Of a DNA stretch of 64,000 bases, positions 1 to 8,273 are shown one piece after another. A program made the translations under genes and the position numbers. Position 1 is the first letter of the stretch. Each line of letters begins with the position of its first letter. The notes under the pieces were generated by a model. It had not been told where the DNA came from, did no database searches, and saw nothing but the letters and a program-made list of their open reading frames with translations. This DNA comes from Anaerolineae bacterium (GTDB lineage Bacteria; Chloroflexota; Anaerolineae; Epilineales; Epilineaceae). Where the stretch lies: contig DAOUCP010000035.1 of assembly GCA_034432155.1 (NCBI GenBank), positions 83,036-147,035 of the forward strand, given 5' to 3'.

Positions 1-885
1 GGGAATCGATGGCTGCCGCGACCGCCGGCGGGCTGGCAGGCCGGACAGAGGTCCGTGCCGCGACTGTCCAGCAGGCTGGCAGGCCGGACAGAGGTGCGTG
101 CCGCGACCGCCCACCCGAATGCGCACTACCGCCTCGCCGCAGCGCGGACACGGCTGGCCCGTGCGTCGGAAGACATTGAGGGTACCCTGCATCTCGCCTG
201 GATTGCCGGTGAGGTCCCGGAAGCCGCCATCGGCCAGGGTCGTGCCACGAGCCGCCACGGCGCGACGCAGGACGGTGCGAATGGCCCGATGCAGACGAGC
301 TGTCTCATCCGCCGTCAAGCTATCGGCGGTGCGCAGTGGATGCAGCCGAGCGAGCCATAGCGACTCGTCGGCACAGATGTTGCCAATCCCGGCGATCACG
401 GACTGGTTGAGGAGTAGCGATTTCAGCCGGCCGCGCCGCCGCCGCAGGCAGCACTGCAGCCGCTGCCGCGTGAAGTCGGCCGCCAGAGGCTCCGGACCGA
501 GGGGACCAAGCACCGAGGTCGGATCGGCCACCAGGTAGACCCGTCCGAACTTGCGTGGATCGCGAAGCCGCAATTCGGCGCCATCGTCCAGCAGTAGGAT
601 GGTATGGACATGCCGGTCCGCCGGCTGGGCGCCCGGGGCCAGCACCAGGCGGCCACTCATCTTCAGGTGCACCAGCAGCCAGTCATCGTCCAGACGGATG
701 GCCAGGTACTTGCCGCGCCGGCCGAGCTGGCGCACCCGCTGACCACGGATCCGCTCTCCCAGCTCGGCGGGCGTATTCCGCGGTAACTGCGCCGGCCAGT
801 CGCACCAGGCACCACGAAAGATGCGCCCCGCGAGGAGGGGTGCCAGGTCACGGGCGTAGGTTTCGACTTCGGGCAATTCAGGCAC
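1..885 (-). CDS. mutM: Formamidopyrimidine-DNA glycosylase (Fpg/MutM), 3' end truncated by window edge
   Basis: I hand-translated the minus strand from a GTG at 885: VPELPEVETYARDLAPLL...KMSGRLV...C-terminal zinc finger CPRCG...CPACQ. It is open to position 1. It is absent from the ORF track because it runs off the window edge. The N-terminal PELPEVE and the Zn finger are diagnostic of Fpg. Confidence 0.8.
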   Translation of the reverse strand, partial: MPELPEVETYARDLAPLLAGRIFRGAWCDWPAQLPRNTPAELGERIRGQRVRQLGRRGKYLAIRLDDDWLLVHLKMSGRLVLAPGAQPADRHVHTILLLDDGAELRLRDPRKFGRVYLVADPTSVLGPLGPEPLAADFTRQRLQCCLRRRRGRLKSLLLNQSVIAGIGNICADESLWLARLHPLRTADSLTADETARLHRAIRTVLRRAVAARGTTLADGGFRDLTGNPGEMQGTLNVFRRTGQPCPRCGEAVVRIRVGGRGTHLCPACQPAGQSRHGPLSGLPARRRSRQPSIP

Positions 886-1028
886 TTCTGGACTCTCAGG
901 CGATGGCAACAGGGTACGAAGCCGATGGCGACTCGCGTTCCCGATGCCGGCGAATCCTAGGCAGGCGCCGAGAGGCCGCCAAGTCCTGCCGGCAGCCTCA
1001 GCTGCCCGAACGCCCGTTCGCTGATATA

Positions 1029-4000
1029 ATGGCCGCCACCGTCGTCATGGCCAGCTTCACCCACCTCCACGTGCACAGTGAGTACAGCCTGCTCGACGGC
1101 CTCATCCGCCTGCCCGAGTTGGCTCGCGAGGCCAGGCAGGCGGGCTTCCCGGCGTTGGCGTTGACCGATCATGGCGTTATGTATGGCGCAGCGCGCTTTT
1201 ACCACGAGGCACAAGAGGCCGGCATCAAGCCCATCCTTGGCTGCGAGCTGTATGTGGCACGCCGTCTGCGCACCGACCGTCACCCGACCCGCGATCGGCG
1301 GAGCTTCCACCTCACGGTGCTGGCCGAGAACGAGACCGGTTACCGCAACCTGTTGCAGTTGGTCAGTCGCGCCCAGCTCGAGGGCTTCTACTACAAACCC
1401 CGCGTTGATCGCGAGCTCGTGCAGCGGTACGCCGAGGGTCTCGTTGTCCTATCCGGTTGCTTGCAGGGTGAGCTGCCCCAGGCTCTGAAGGACGGCGATG
1501 AGGCAACCGCTCGCCAGACCCTCGCCTGGTATCGAGATGTATTCGGCGATCGCTACTACCTGGAGTTGCAGGACCACAACCTGGACGAGCTAGCAACGGT
1601 CAACCGCGGCCTCTTGGCACTGGCGCGGGAGTTCGAGGTGCCCCTTGTCGCCACCAACGACGTCCACTACCTCCGCGCCACGGACGTGGACGCCCACGAG
1701 GTGCTCATCCAGTTGCAGTGGAAGTCCACAACCCAGGGACGCGAACGGCGCGGCTACGGCCCGACCTATCACCTGCGGTCCGCCGACGAGATGGCGGCCT
1801 TGTTCGGCCACGTGCCGGAAGCGCTGGCGAACACCATGGTCATTGCCGAGCGCTGCAACGTCGATCTGCGCTTTGGGGAGCGCCGGCTGCCCGACTTTCC
1901 GCTGCCCGAGGGTCAAACGGCGGACAGCTATCTGCGACAGCTCTGCGAAGCAGGCGCCATGGAGCGCTACGGCGCGGTCAGCGAGGTCATTCGCGAGCGC
2001 CTGGATCGGGAACTGGCCACCATTGCCGCCATGGGCTTCGCAACCTACTTCCTGATCGTCTGGGACCTTTGTCGGCACGCTCGTGAACGCGGCATTTGGT
2101 ACAACGTGCGCGGCAGCGGCGCCGGGTCCGTCGTCGCCTACGCGTTGCGCATCGCCAATATCGATCCCCTGGCCCACGGACTGATCTTCGAGCGGTTCTT
2201 GAACCCCGCCCGGGTGTCCATGCCCGACATCGATCTCGACCTGGCCGATGATCAGCGCGACGAGCTGATTCGCTACGCCCACGAACGGTACGGCCAGGAT
2301 CATGTCGCTCAGATCATCACCTTCGGCACCCTGGGGGCACGAGCCGCAATCCGAGACGCCGGCCGGGCACTCGAACTGCCGCTCAGTTTGGTGGATCGCA
2401 TCGCCCGTATGATCCCAGCCATCCCGGGCAAGCCATGCTCCCTCGATCAGGTGCTGACGCCGGCGGCGGCCGACGACGAAGACAGCTTCTTCAGCGCCGA
2501 ACTGGCCGAAGCAGTGCATTCGGATCCCGATGTTCGACGCCTGGTGGAGAGCGCCCGCAGCCTCGAAGGCCTGGCGCGCCATGCCTCCACCCACGCTGCC
2601 GGCGTGGTGATCACTGACCGGCCAATCATCGAGTACCTGCCCCTGCACCGCTCCACACACGGCGAGGGGGATCGATCGGGCCTGCCGGTGACCCAGTACG
2701 CCATGAAGGACATCGAGCGCCTGGGCCTGTTGAAGATCGACTTCCTCGGGCTCTCGACCCTCACCGTGCTGCGCCGGGCCGCCGAGCTGGTGGCCGAGCA
2801 CCATGGGGTGTCCATCCGCTTGGAGAGCATACCGTTGGATGACCCGGCCATCTACGAGCTCTTGGGAAGTGGCAACGTGACCGGCGTTTTCCAGGTGGAA
2901 AGCGCGGGCATGCGCCAGATGCTCCGCGAGATGCAGCCGCGAGCCTTCGAGCACGTGACGGCAGCGCTGGCGCTGTACCGTCCCGGGCCGATGCGCTTCA
3001 TTCCCGACTACATCCGCCGCATGCACGGCCAGGAGGAAGTCACGTACCTGCACCCGGCGCTCGTGCCCATCCTTGCGGAAACGTACGGCATTCTCATCTA
3101 CCAGGAGCAAATCATCCGCATCGCCCAGGAGCTGGCCGGCTACGAGCCCGGCAAGGCAGACCTGATCCGCCGCGCGGTCGGCAAGAAGAACCAGGCTGAG
3201 CTACTGAAGCATCATGACGCCTTCGTCGAGGGGGCAACCGAGCGCGGCATCGAGCGCCAGGATGCGGAGCGGATCTTCGAGTTGATCACCAAGTTCGCCC
3301 GTTACGGCTTCAACAAGGCGCACGCCGCCGACTACGCCATGATCGTCTGTCAGACGGCGTGGTTCAAGGCCCGCTACCCGATCGAGTACATGACGGCGCT
3401 CTTGTCCGTGGACCGCCACAATACCGACAAGGTGGCCCTGATTGCCACGGACTGTGCCACCAACGGCATCCGCATCCTGCCGCCAGACGTCAACCAGAGC
3501 CAGCTGGACTTTACTGTTGAGGCACTTCCCCACGATGGCTCCGCTGAGCCGCGCCGGGCAATCCGCTTTGGCCTGGGGGCCATCAAGAACGTAGGCGACG
3601 CCGGCGCGCAAGCCATCCTCGCCGGTCGTGGCGACAGGCCGTTCGCCAATCTTGACGACCTCTGCCGCCGCGTCGATCTCCGCGCCATCGGCAAGCGCGC
3701 CCTGGAGCCGCTCGTACGGGCTGGCGCGCTTGACTGCCTTGGCAGTCGCGACGGCATTCTGGAGCTCTTGGACCGCATCATCAGCCTAAGTGACACCTAC
3801 CATCACGCCAGCGCGGTGGGTCAGATGTCCCTGTTTGGCGATGAGATCGCGCCGGCACTCCCCTCGTTGCTCCCCGAGATCACAAAAGGCCCGGGCGATG
3901 TTCGCCAGCACCTGCAGTGGGAAAAGGAGCTCACCGGGCTCTACCTCTCCGACCATCCCCTCCATCGGGTGGCGGCTGCCCTGCCGCAGGACGTCACGGT

Positions 4001-4619
4001 GTTCCTCGGCGACATCGAACGCAGTCTCGCAGGGACGGTGGTCACCTTCGCTGGCATGGTCACGGCGGTTCGGACACTCACCACCAAGCGCGGCGATCTT
4101 ATGGCCTTCGTCGTTGTCGAGGACCTGAACGGCAGCGTCGAGCTGACGGTCTTTCCGCGCGTCTACGAGGCCACCAAGGACCTCTGGCGACCAGACGTCC
4201 TCGTCCTGGTGCGCGGCAAGGTCGAACCACGAGAGGACCGCCTCCAGGTGGTGGTGGCCAGTGCCCAGTCCTACGCGCCGGATTCGCTCGCCGAGGTGGA
4301 GGAACCCGGCGCCAGCCAGTCGGCTGAGCCAGCCCAACGACCGCTAGGGCAGTACCGTCTTTCCGTCACTGTGCCTCGAACGGCGGACGATTCCCAGGAC
4401 CTGTCCCGTCTCGAGGAGATCTTCCGCCTGCTCACCAGCTTTCGGGGCCAAGACCGCTTCGCCCTGGTGGTCCCACGGGCCGAGGGCATGGTCGAGCTGG
4501 AATTCCCGAACGCCTCGACGCGCTACTGCGTCGCCCTGGTCCAGGAGCTGCAGCGCCTCGTGGGGGCAGGCGCCGTGCAGGTCACCCACGTCGCACACGG
4601 AAGGGAGAACGGTCCATGA
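1029..4619 (+). CDS. dnaE: DNA polymerase III alpha subunit
   Basis: The track ORF 555..4619 contains, from the in-frame ATG at 1029, MAATVVMASFTHLHVHSEYSLLDG. This covers the PHP domain, the polymerase core and a C-terminal OB fold. The likely true start is the second ATG at 1047 (MASFTHLHVHSEYS), downstream of a TGnTATAAT at 1022-1030. The stop overlaps the next gene (ATGA). Confidence 0.95.
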   Translation: MAATVVMASFTHLHVHSEYSLLDGLIRLPELAREARQAGFPALALTDHGVMYGAARFYHEAQEAGIKPILGCELYVARRLRTDRHPTRDRRSFHLTVLAENETGYRNLLQLVSRAQLEGFYYKPRVDRELVQRYAEGLVVLSGCLQGELPQALKDGDEATARQTLAWYRDVFGDRYYLELQDHNLDELATVNRGLLALAREFEVPLVATNDVHYLRATDVDAHEVLIQLQWKSTTQGRERRGYGPTYHLRSADEMAALFGHVPEALANTMVIAERCNVDLRFGERRLPDFPLPEGQTADSYLRQLCEAGAMERYGAVSEVIRERLDRELATIAAMGFATYFLIVWDLCRHARERGIWYNVRGSGAGSVVAYALRIANIDPLAHGLIFERFLNPARVSMPDIDLDLADDQRDELIRYAHERYGQDHVAQIITFGTLGARAAIRDAGRALELPLSLVDRIARMIPAIPGKPCSLDQVLTPAAADDEDSFFSAELAEAVHSDPDVRRLVESARSLEGLARHASTHAAGVVITDRPIIEYLPLHRSTHGEGDRSGLPVTQYAMKDIERLGLLKIDFLGLSTLTVLRRAAELVAEHHGVSIRLESIPLDDPAIYELLGSGNVTGVFQVESAGMRQMLREMQPRAFEHVTAALALYRPGPMRFIPDYIRRMHGQEEVTYLHPALVPILAETYGILIYQEQIIRIAQELAGYEPGKADLIRRAVGKKNQAELLKHHDAFVEGATERGIERQDAERIFELITKFARYGFNKAHAADYAMIVCQTAWFKARYPIEYMTALLSVDRHNTDKVALIATDCATNGIRILPPDVNQSQLDFTVEALPHDGSAEPRRAIRFGLGAIKNVGDAGAQAILAGRGDRPFANLDDLCRRVDLRAIGKRALEPLVRAGALDCLGSRDGILELLDRIISLSDTYHHASAVGQMSLFGDEIAPALPSLLPEITKGPGDVRQHLQWEKELTGLYLSDHPLHRVAAALPQDVTVFLGDIERSLAGTVVTFAGMVTAVRTLTTKRGDLMAFVVVEDLNGSVELTVFPRVYEATKDLWRPDVLVLVRGKVEPREDRLQVVVASAQSYAPDSLAEVEEPGASQSAEPAQRPLGQYRLSVTVPRTADDSQDLSRLEEIFRLLTSFRGQDRFALVVPRAEGMVELEFPNASTRYCVALVQELQRLVGAGAVQVTHVAHGRENGP

Positions 4620-7600
4620 TCCTCCATCGCCGTCTGCTCATCGTTGTCCCGCTTGCGCTGGCCACCCTCGGGCCGTCTTTGGCCGCGGGCAAGCCATCTC
4701 GAGCCGTCGCCCGGGCCCTCGACCCATCCCTGGCCGCGGGCAAGCCATCTCGAGCCGTCGCCCAGGCCCTCGACCCATCCCTGGCCGCAGGCGAGGCATC
4801 CCGGGCCATCGCCCAGGCCCTCGACCCATCGCTAGCGACGCATCCAGCCTGGCTGCTTGCCGAAGAGCCGCTGCCGGTGGTGGTTGCCTTGCGCGGGGAA
4901 ACGGCCTTCGACCGCTATCAGCGCGCACAGGAAGCCACGCCCGGCATCACCACGGCGCGAGAGCAAGCGCGAGCACGCGACGAGGCCTTCGACGCGCTGG
5001 CCGCTCTGCAGGCGCCGGCCCGAGAGGCCATTGTCGAGACAGGGGCCACCATTGTGAGCACCTACGATGCCGCCATGAACGGCTTCCTCGTCTGGGCGAT
5101 ACGGCGCCAGGTTCTGGCCATGGCCGCCGCACCAGGCGTCGAGCGCATCTACCGGGCGCCGGAACATGTTCCGGCACTGGCCAACGCCGTGCCCCTCGTG
5201 GGTGGCGAAGCAGCCCGGGAGCAGCTTCACCTGAGCGGCAAGGACGTCACCATCGCCATCGTCGACACCGGCATCGACTACACCCACTTGTCCCTGGGCG
5301 GCAGCGGCCGGGCTCGGGATTTCCAGGAGAACAACCCACGCACCGTGGAACCGCGCTCGTTCCCCACCGAGAAGGTCATCGGTGGCTACGACTTCGCCGG
5401 TACTTACTACGTGGGCGGCAACATGCCTACCGCCGACGCCGATCCACTGGACGAGAACGGCCACGGCAGCCACGTGGCGGGCATCGCCGCTGGCATGACC
5501 GGCAACCCTAAGGTCTTTCACGGCATGGCCCCCGACGCCAAGCTCATCGCCCTCAAGGTCTTCGGCGCCCGGGGCGGCACCAACCTGGTCATCGATGCCG
5601 TGGAATGGGCCATCGAGGCCAACATGGGCCGCCGCATCAAAGGCATTTGCCAGATGCCCGACGGCGGCGACTGTCGTGTTGACGTACTGAACATGAGCCT
5701 GGGGGCCGCCTTCGCCTCGGACGTTCTGGAGCAGCAAGGCGTGATGCGCCGGGCGCTTGAGGCAGGCATCGTGGTCATCGCCGCCGCCGGCAATGACGAG
5801 GACGTGCCCTTCATCACCGGCGCCCCCGGTGCTTCCGACGTCGTGGTCAGCGTGGCCAACACCTACCCCAGCGGCCAGAAGGCTGACGTGGTGCAGGTGA
5901 GCCACGACGGTGTCACCGAGGATCTGGAGGCTCTGGAAGCCGATCGCAGCTTGTCGCGGCCGATGGCCGAAGTTGGCGAGTTGCGGGCGCCCCTCGGTTG
6001 GTTGGGGCGCGGTTGCCAAGGCGATGCGCCAGCCAGTGACGTCGCCGGCAAGATTGCGTTGATTCCGCGTGGCGACTGTTCCTTCCAGGAGAAGCTGGCC
6101 GCCGCCGCGGCCAACGGCGCTTTGGGTGGCCTCATCTTCAACAACGAGCCCGGCGTCCTGGTCATGGGAGCGTCGCCGCCGAACCCCGTCGCCATCCCGG
6201 CCTATTCGATCGGCCAGGCGGACGGCGAGCGACTGCGCGGGCTGATCGAAGCTGGCACCGAGGTCCGCTGCCGCATGGCCGCCAGCCTGAACAAGACGCT
6301 GGACCGCAGCTACTTGACCGACGTCATCAGCCCATCCAGCAGCCGTGGTCCGAGCCGGATCGGCATTTTGAAGCCCAACTTGAGCGCCCCCGGTACCCAG
6401 ATCGTGGCGCCGTACATCGGTCACGGTGACGAGGGCGTGGCCCTCACCGGCACCTCCATGTCCTCGCCACTGGTCGCTGGCGCGGCAGCCCTGGTGGTCG
6501 AGCGGCTTCGCCAGGATGGCCTGGCGCCGGTGAACCGCCCGCTCAACGACCGAACCAAGCTCACGGCACGGGACGTGGGCGCCATGCTCATGAACTACGC
6601 CGGGGCCACCGTTTGGTGGCGCGACAGCCGGGAGGGGGTGCCGGTGCCGCTAGCCCGGCAGGGAGCGGGCCGCCTCGATGTGCTCTCGGCACTGCGCGGT
6701 CACACCCTTGCTCGTTCCGGCGTCATCGCCGAGATCAACCTTGGTTTCACGGCCGTCGCCGACGCCTGGAGTGGCCGGGCCCCCTTCACCGTGCGCAACC
6801 TGGGTCCGACCGCCAGGCGGTACGCCCTGGGCACGCAGTTCCTGACGACCGAGGAGTCGCAGGCTGGAGTCGAGTACGAGATCGAACCGCAGAGTCTGAC
6901 CGTCGAGCCCGGCCAGGAGCTCGAAGCGAGCCTCCAAGCCTTCGTCGATGCCGGTGCGCTGCGGCCGTACGGCGGCTATGGTGGTGCCAGCTGCCTCAGC
7001 ACCCGCAGCCTGTCCGACACCGAGGTGGATGCCTTCGTCACCATCAACGAAGTCGACGGGCAGGGCCAACCGGTCCCCGGCGGCGACCACCTGCGTCTGC
7101 CCATCTACCTTGTTCCTCGTCCTGCCTCGGACCTGCGCCTGTCGCCGGATCCGGTCTATGTCAGCCCTGCCCTGGGCCAGACGCAGGTGAGCATCGCCAA
7201 CAGCGGTGCGGCGAGCGGTGAGGCAGCGCTCTTTTCGGCCCTGGCGACCGATCCGGTGGAGCAAAACGTCGATCGGCGCATCAACATCGATCTGCTTGCG
7301 GTGCGCCGCGGCAAGGACAGTCGCGGTCAGGGGGTGGTGGAGTTCCTGGTGCATACCGCCGGTGCCCAGGCGGTGCCGCTGGACAGCCAGACGCACATCT
7401 TCGTCGACACCAATCTCGACGGCGAGCTCGATCACGCCATCTTCACCCAAATCGCCCGCAGTGGCCAACAGTACGTCGTGTTCAGTGCTACCAGTCCCGT
7501 CCAGCGACAGCAGCCGATCACGCTGCAGCGCACCATCGCCATGGACTACTACGCCAACGTCGATCTGCAGTCGCGCATCCTCGGCCTGCCGGTCCGGGCG

Positions 7601-8107
7601 AGTCGCCTCGGCCTGTCCGCCGATGGGCCGATTCACGTGCAGGCCGTTGCGATTCGTCGCGCCCAGTTTAGCGATCTCGCCAGTGGCCGCGGCTATGTCG
7701 GCTACGACTACGTGCCAGATCGTGGGTTGGTCGCCGACGCCAACGGCCAGCTCAGTGCCGGTGAAGACCGCATCAGCCTCGACGAAACCACCGCCGCATA
7801 CAGCCTGAGTGCACCGGGCGTGGCCGTCGACGCCGGCGGTTCGGCGTCCATCCTGCTCACCTTGCTGCGTCCTCTGCCGACCGAAGGCGATTCGCTCCTG
7901 GCGGTCTACCCCCAGAACGCGCCGGGCGAGGAGGACATGCAGCTCGTTCGCGTCCTGGCTGGCGAACCGCCCACTGCGACACCGGCTCCCATCACCGCCA
8001 CCTCGCCCCCCACCATCGCGCCCACCGCCACTGCCGAAGCGACGCGGCCGAAGCCCGTGGGTCGCTTGCTGCTGCCCATGGTGTTGCTTGGCTGGGCCAG
8101 AAACTGA
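4616..8107 (+). CDS. Secreted S8 subtilisin-like serine protease A (I9 propeptide + S8 catalytic domain with PA insert; cell-envelope proteinase/pyrolysin-like)
   Basis: Signal peptide MILHRRLLIVVPLALATLG. Catalytic triad contexts IAIVDTGIDYTH, HGSHVAGIAAG and GTSMSSPLVAGAAAL. PA domain GKIALIPRGDCSFQEKLAAAAANGALGGLIFNNEPG. PT-rich linker and a C-terminal hydrophobic tail LLLPMVLLGWARN. The start is coupled to the dnaE stop. Confidence 0.85.
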   Translation: MILHRRLLIVVPLALATLGPSLAAGKPSRAVARALDPSLAAGKPSRAVAQALDPSLAAGEASRAIAQALDPSLATHPAWLLAEEPLPVVVALRGETAFDRYQRAQEATPGITTAREQARARDEAFDALAALQAPAREAIVETGATIVSTYDAAMNGFLVWAIRRQVLAMAAAPGVERIYRAPEHVPALANAVPLVGGEAAREQLHLSGKDVTIAIVDTGIDYTHLSLGGSGRARDFQENNPRTVEPRSFPTEKVIGGYDFAGTYYVGGNMPTADADPLDENGHGSHVAGIAAGMTGNPKVFHGMAPDAKLIALKVFGARGGTNLVIDAVEWAIEANMGRRIKGICQMPDGGDCRVDVLNMSLGAAFASDVLEQQGVMRRALEAGIVVIAAAGNDEDVPFITGAPGASDVVVSVANTYPSGQKADVVQVSHDGVTEDLEALEADRSLSRPMAEVGELRAPLGWLGRGCQGDAPASDVAGKIALIPRGDCSFQEKLAAAAANGALGGLIFNNEPGVLVMGASPPNPVAIPAYSIGQADGERLRGLIEAGTEVRCRMAASLNKTLDRSYLTDVISPSSSRGPSRIGILKPNLSAPGTQIVAPYIGHGDEGVALTGTSMSSPLVAGAAALVVERLRQDGLAPVNRPLNDRTKLTARDVGAMLMNYAGATVWWRDSREGVPVPLARQGAGRLDVLSALRGHTLARSGVIAEINLGFTAVADAWSGRAPFTVRNLGPTARRYALGTQFLTTEESQAGVEYEIEPQSLTVEPGQELEASLQAFVDAGALRPYGGYGGASCLSTRSLSDTEVDAFVTINEVDGQGQPVPGGDHLRLPIYLVPRPASDLRLSPDPVYVSPALGQTQVSIANSGAASGEAALFSALATDPVEQNVDRRINIDLLAVRRGKDSRGQGVVEFLVHTAGAQAVPLDSQTHIFVDTNLDGELDHAIFTQIARSGQQYVVFSATSPVQRQQPITLQRTIAMDYYANVDLQSRILGLPVRASRLGLSADGPIHVQAVAIRRAQFSDLASGRGYVGYDYVPDRGLVADANGQLSAGEDRISLDETTAAYSLSAPGVAVDAGGSASILLTLLRPLPTEGDSLLAVYPQNAPGEEDMQLVRVLAGEPPTATPAPITATSPPTIAPTATAEATRPKPVGRLLLPMVLLGWARN
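4679..4831 (+). repeat. 3 x 51-nt in-frame tandem repeat (17-aa unit LAAGKPSRAVAQALDPS) just after the signal peptide of protease A
   Basis: Copies 1 and 2 differ by a single base; copy 3 is more diverged. The repeat is seen directly in the sequence. Confidence 0.8.
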
Positions 8108-8273
8108 CGTCCGAACGGGTGGCAGGGGCCTGCCCTTCGCATCCTGCCTCCGAAGGACGCATAATCAGGGGCGTGGGTCGACGCATGGTCGGCCCGCGCT
8201 CCCTCTTGACCGACATCGTCGGCGGCCGGGAACCGACGGTCGCTGGCCATTCCAGCTTGACGGAGGCTCTGGG

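Noticed and set aside
1029-1031. In-frame ATGs embedded in TATAATG (1029, 14445, 19897) as translation starts
   Set aside because: These ATGs overlap the likely -10 hexamer and would be upstream of the transcription start. The downstream in-frame starts (1047, 14553) are preferred. The ATG at 19897 opens only a 26-codon frame.
1590-3110. Long antisense ORFs opposite real genes (examples: 1590-3110, 4832-6424, 6650-7636, 10278-11321, 15693-17111, 18708-19937, 20300-23035, 26088-27677, 27230-28408, 29266-30585, 52251-53600, 53846-55975, 57389-58480)
   Set aside because: They lie entirely inside confidently identified genes on the other strand. Their translations are Arg/Gly/Ala/Pro-rich with no recognisable motifs. 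This is the expected stop-codon-poor antisense frame of 69% GC DNA.
7809-8273. Track-predicted long N-terminal extensions overlapping upstream genes (7809 for protease B, 52841 for protease D, 11357 and 12486 for the GT4s, 33890 for queF, 40004 for GT39-B, 44336 for the dnaD-like gene)
   Set aside because: They overlap the preceding gene out of frame and encode low-complexity sequence. In-frame internal starts with a signal peptide, RBS or stop-start coupling are preferred.
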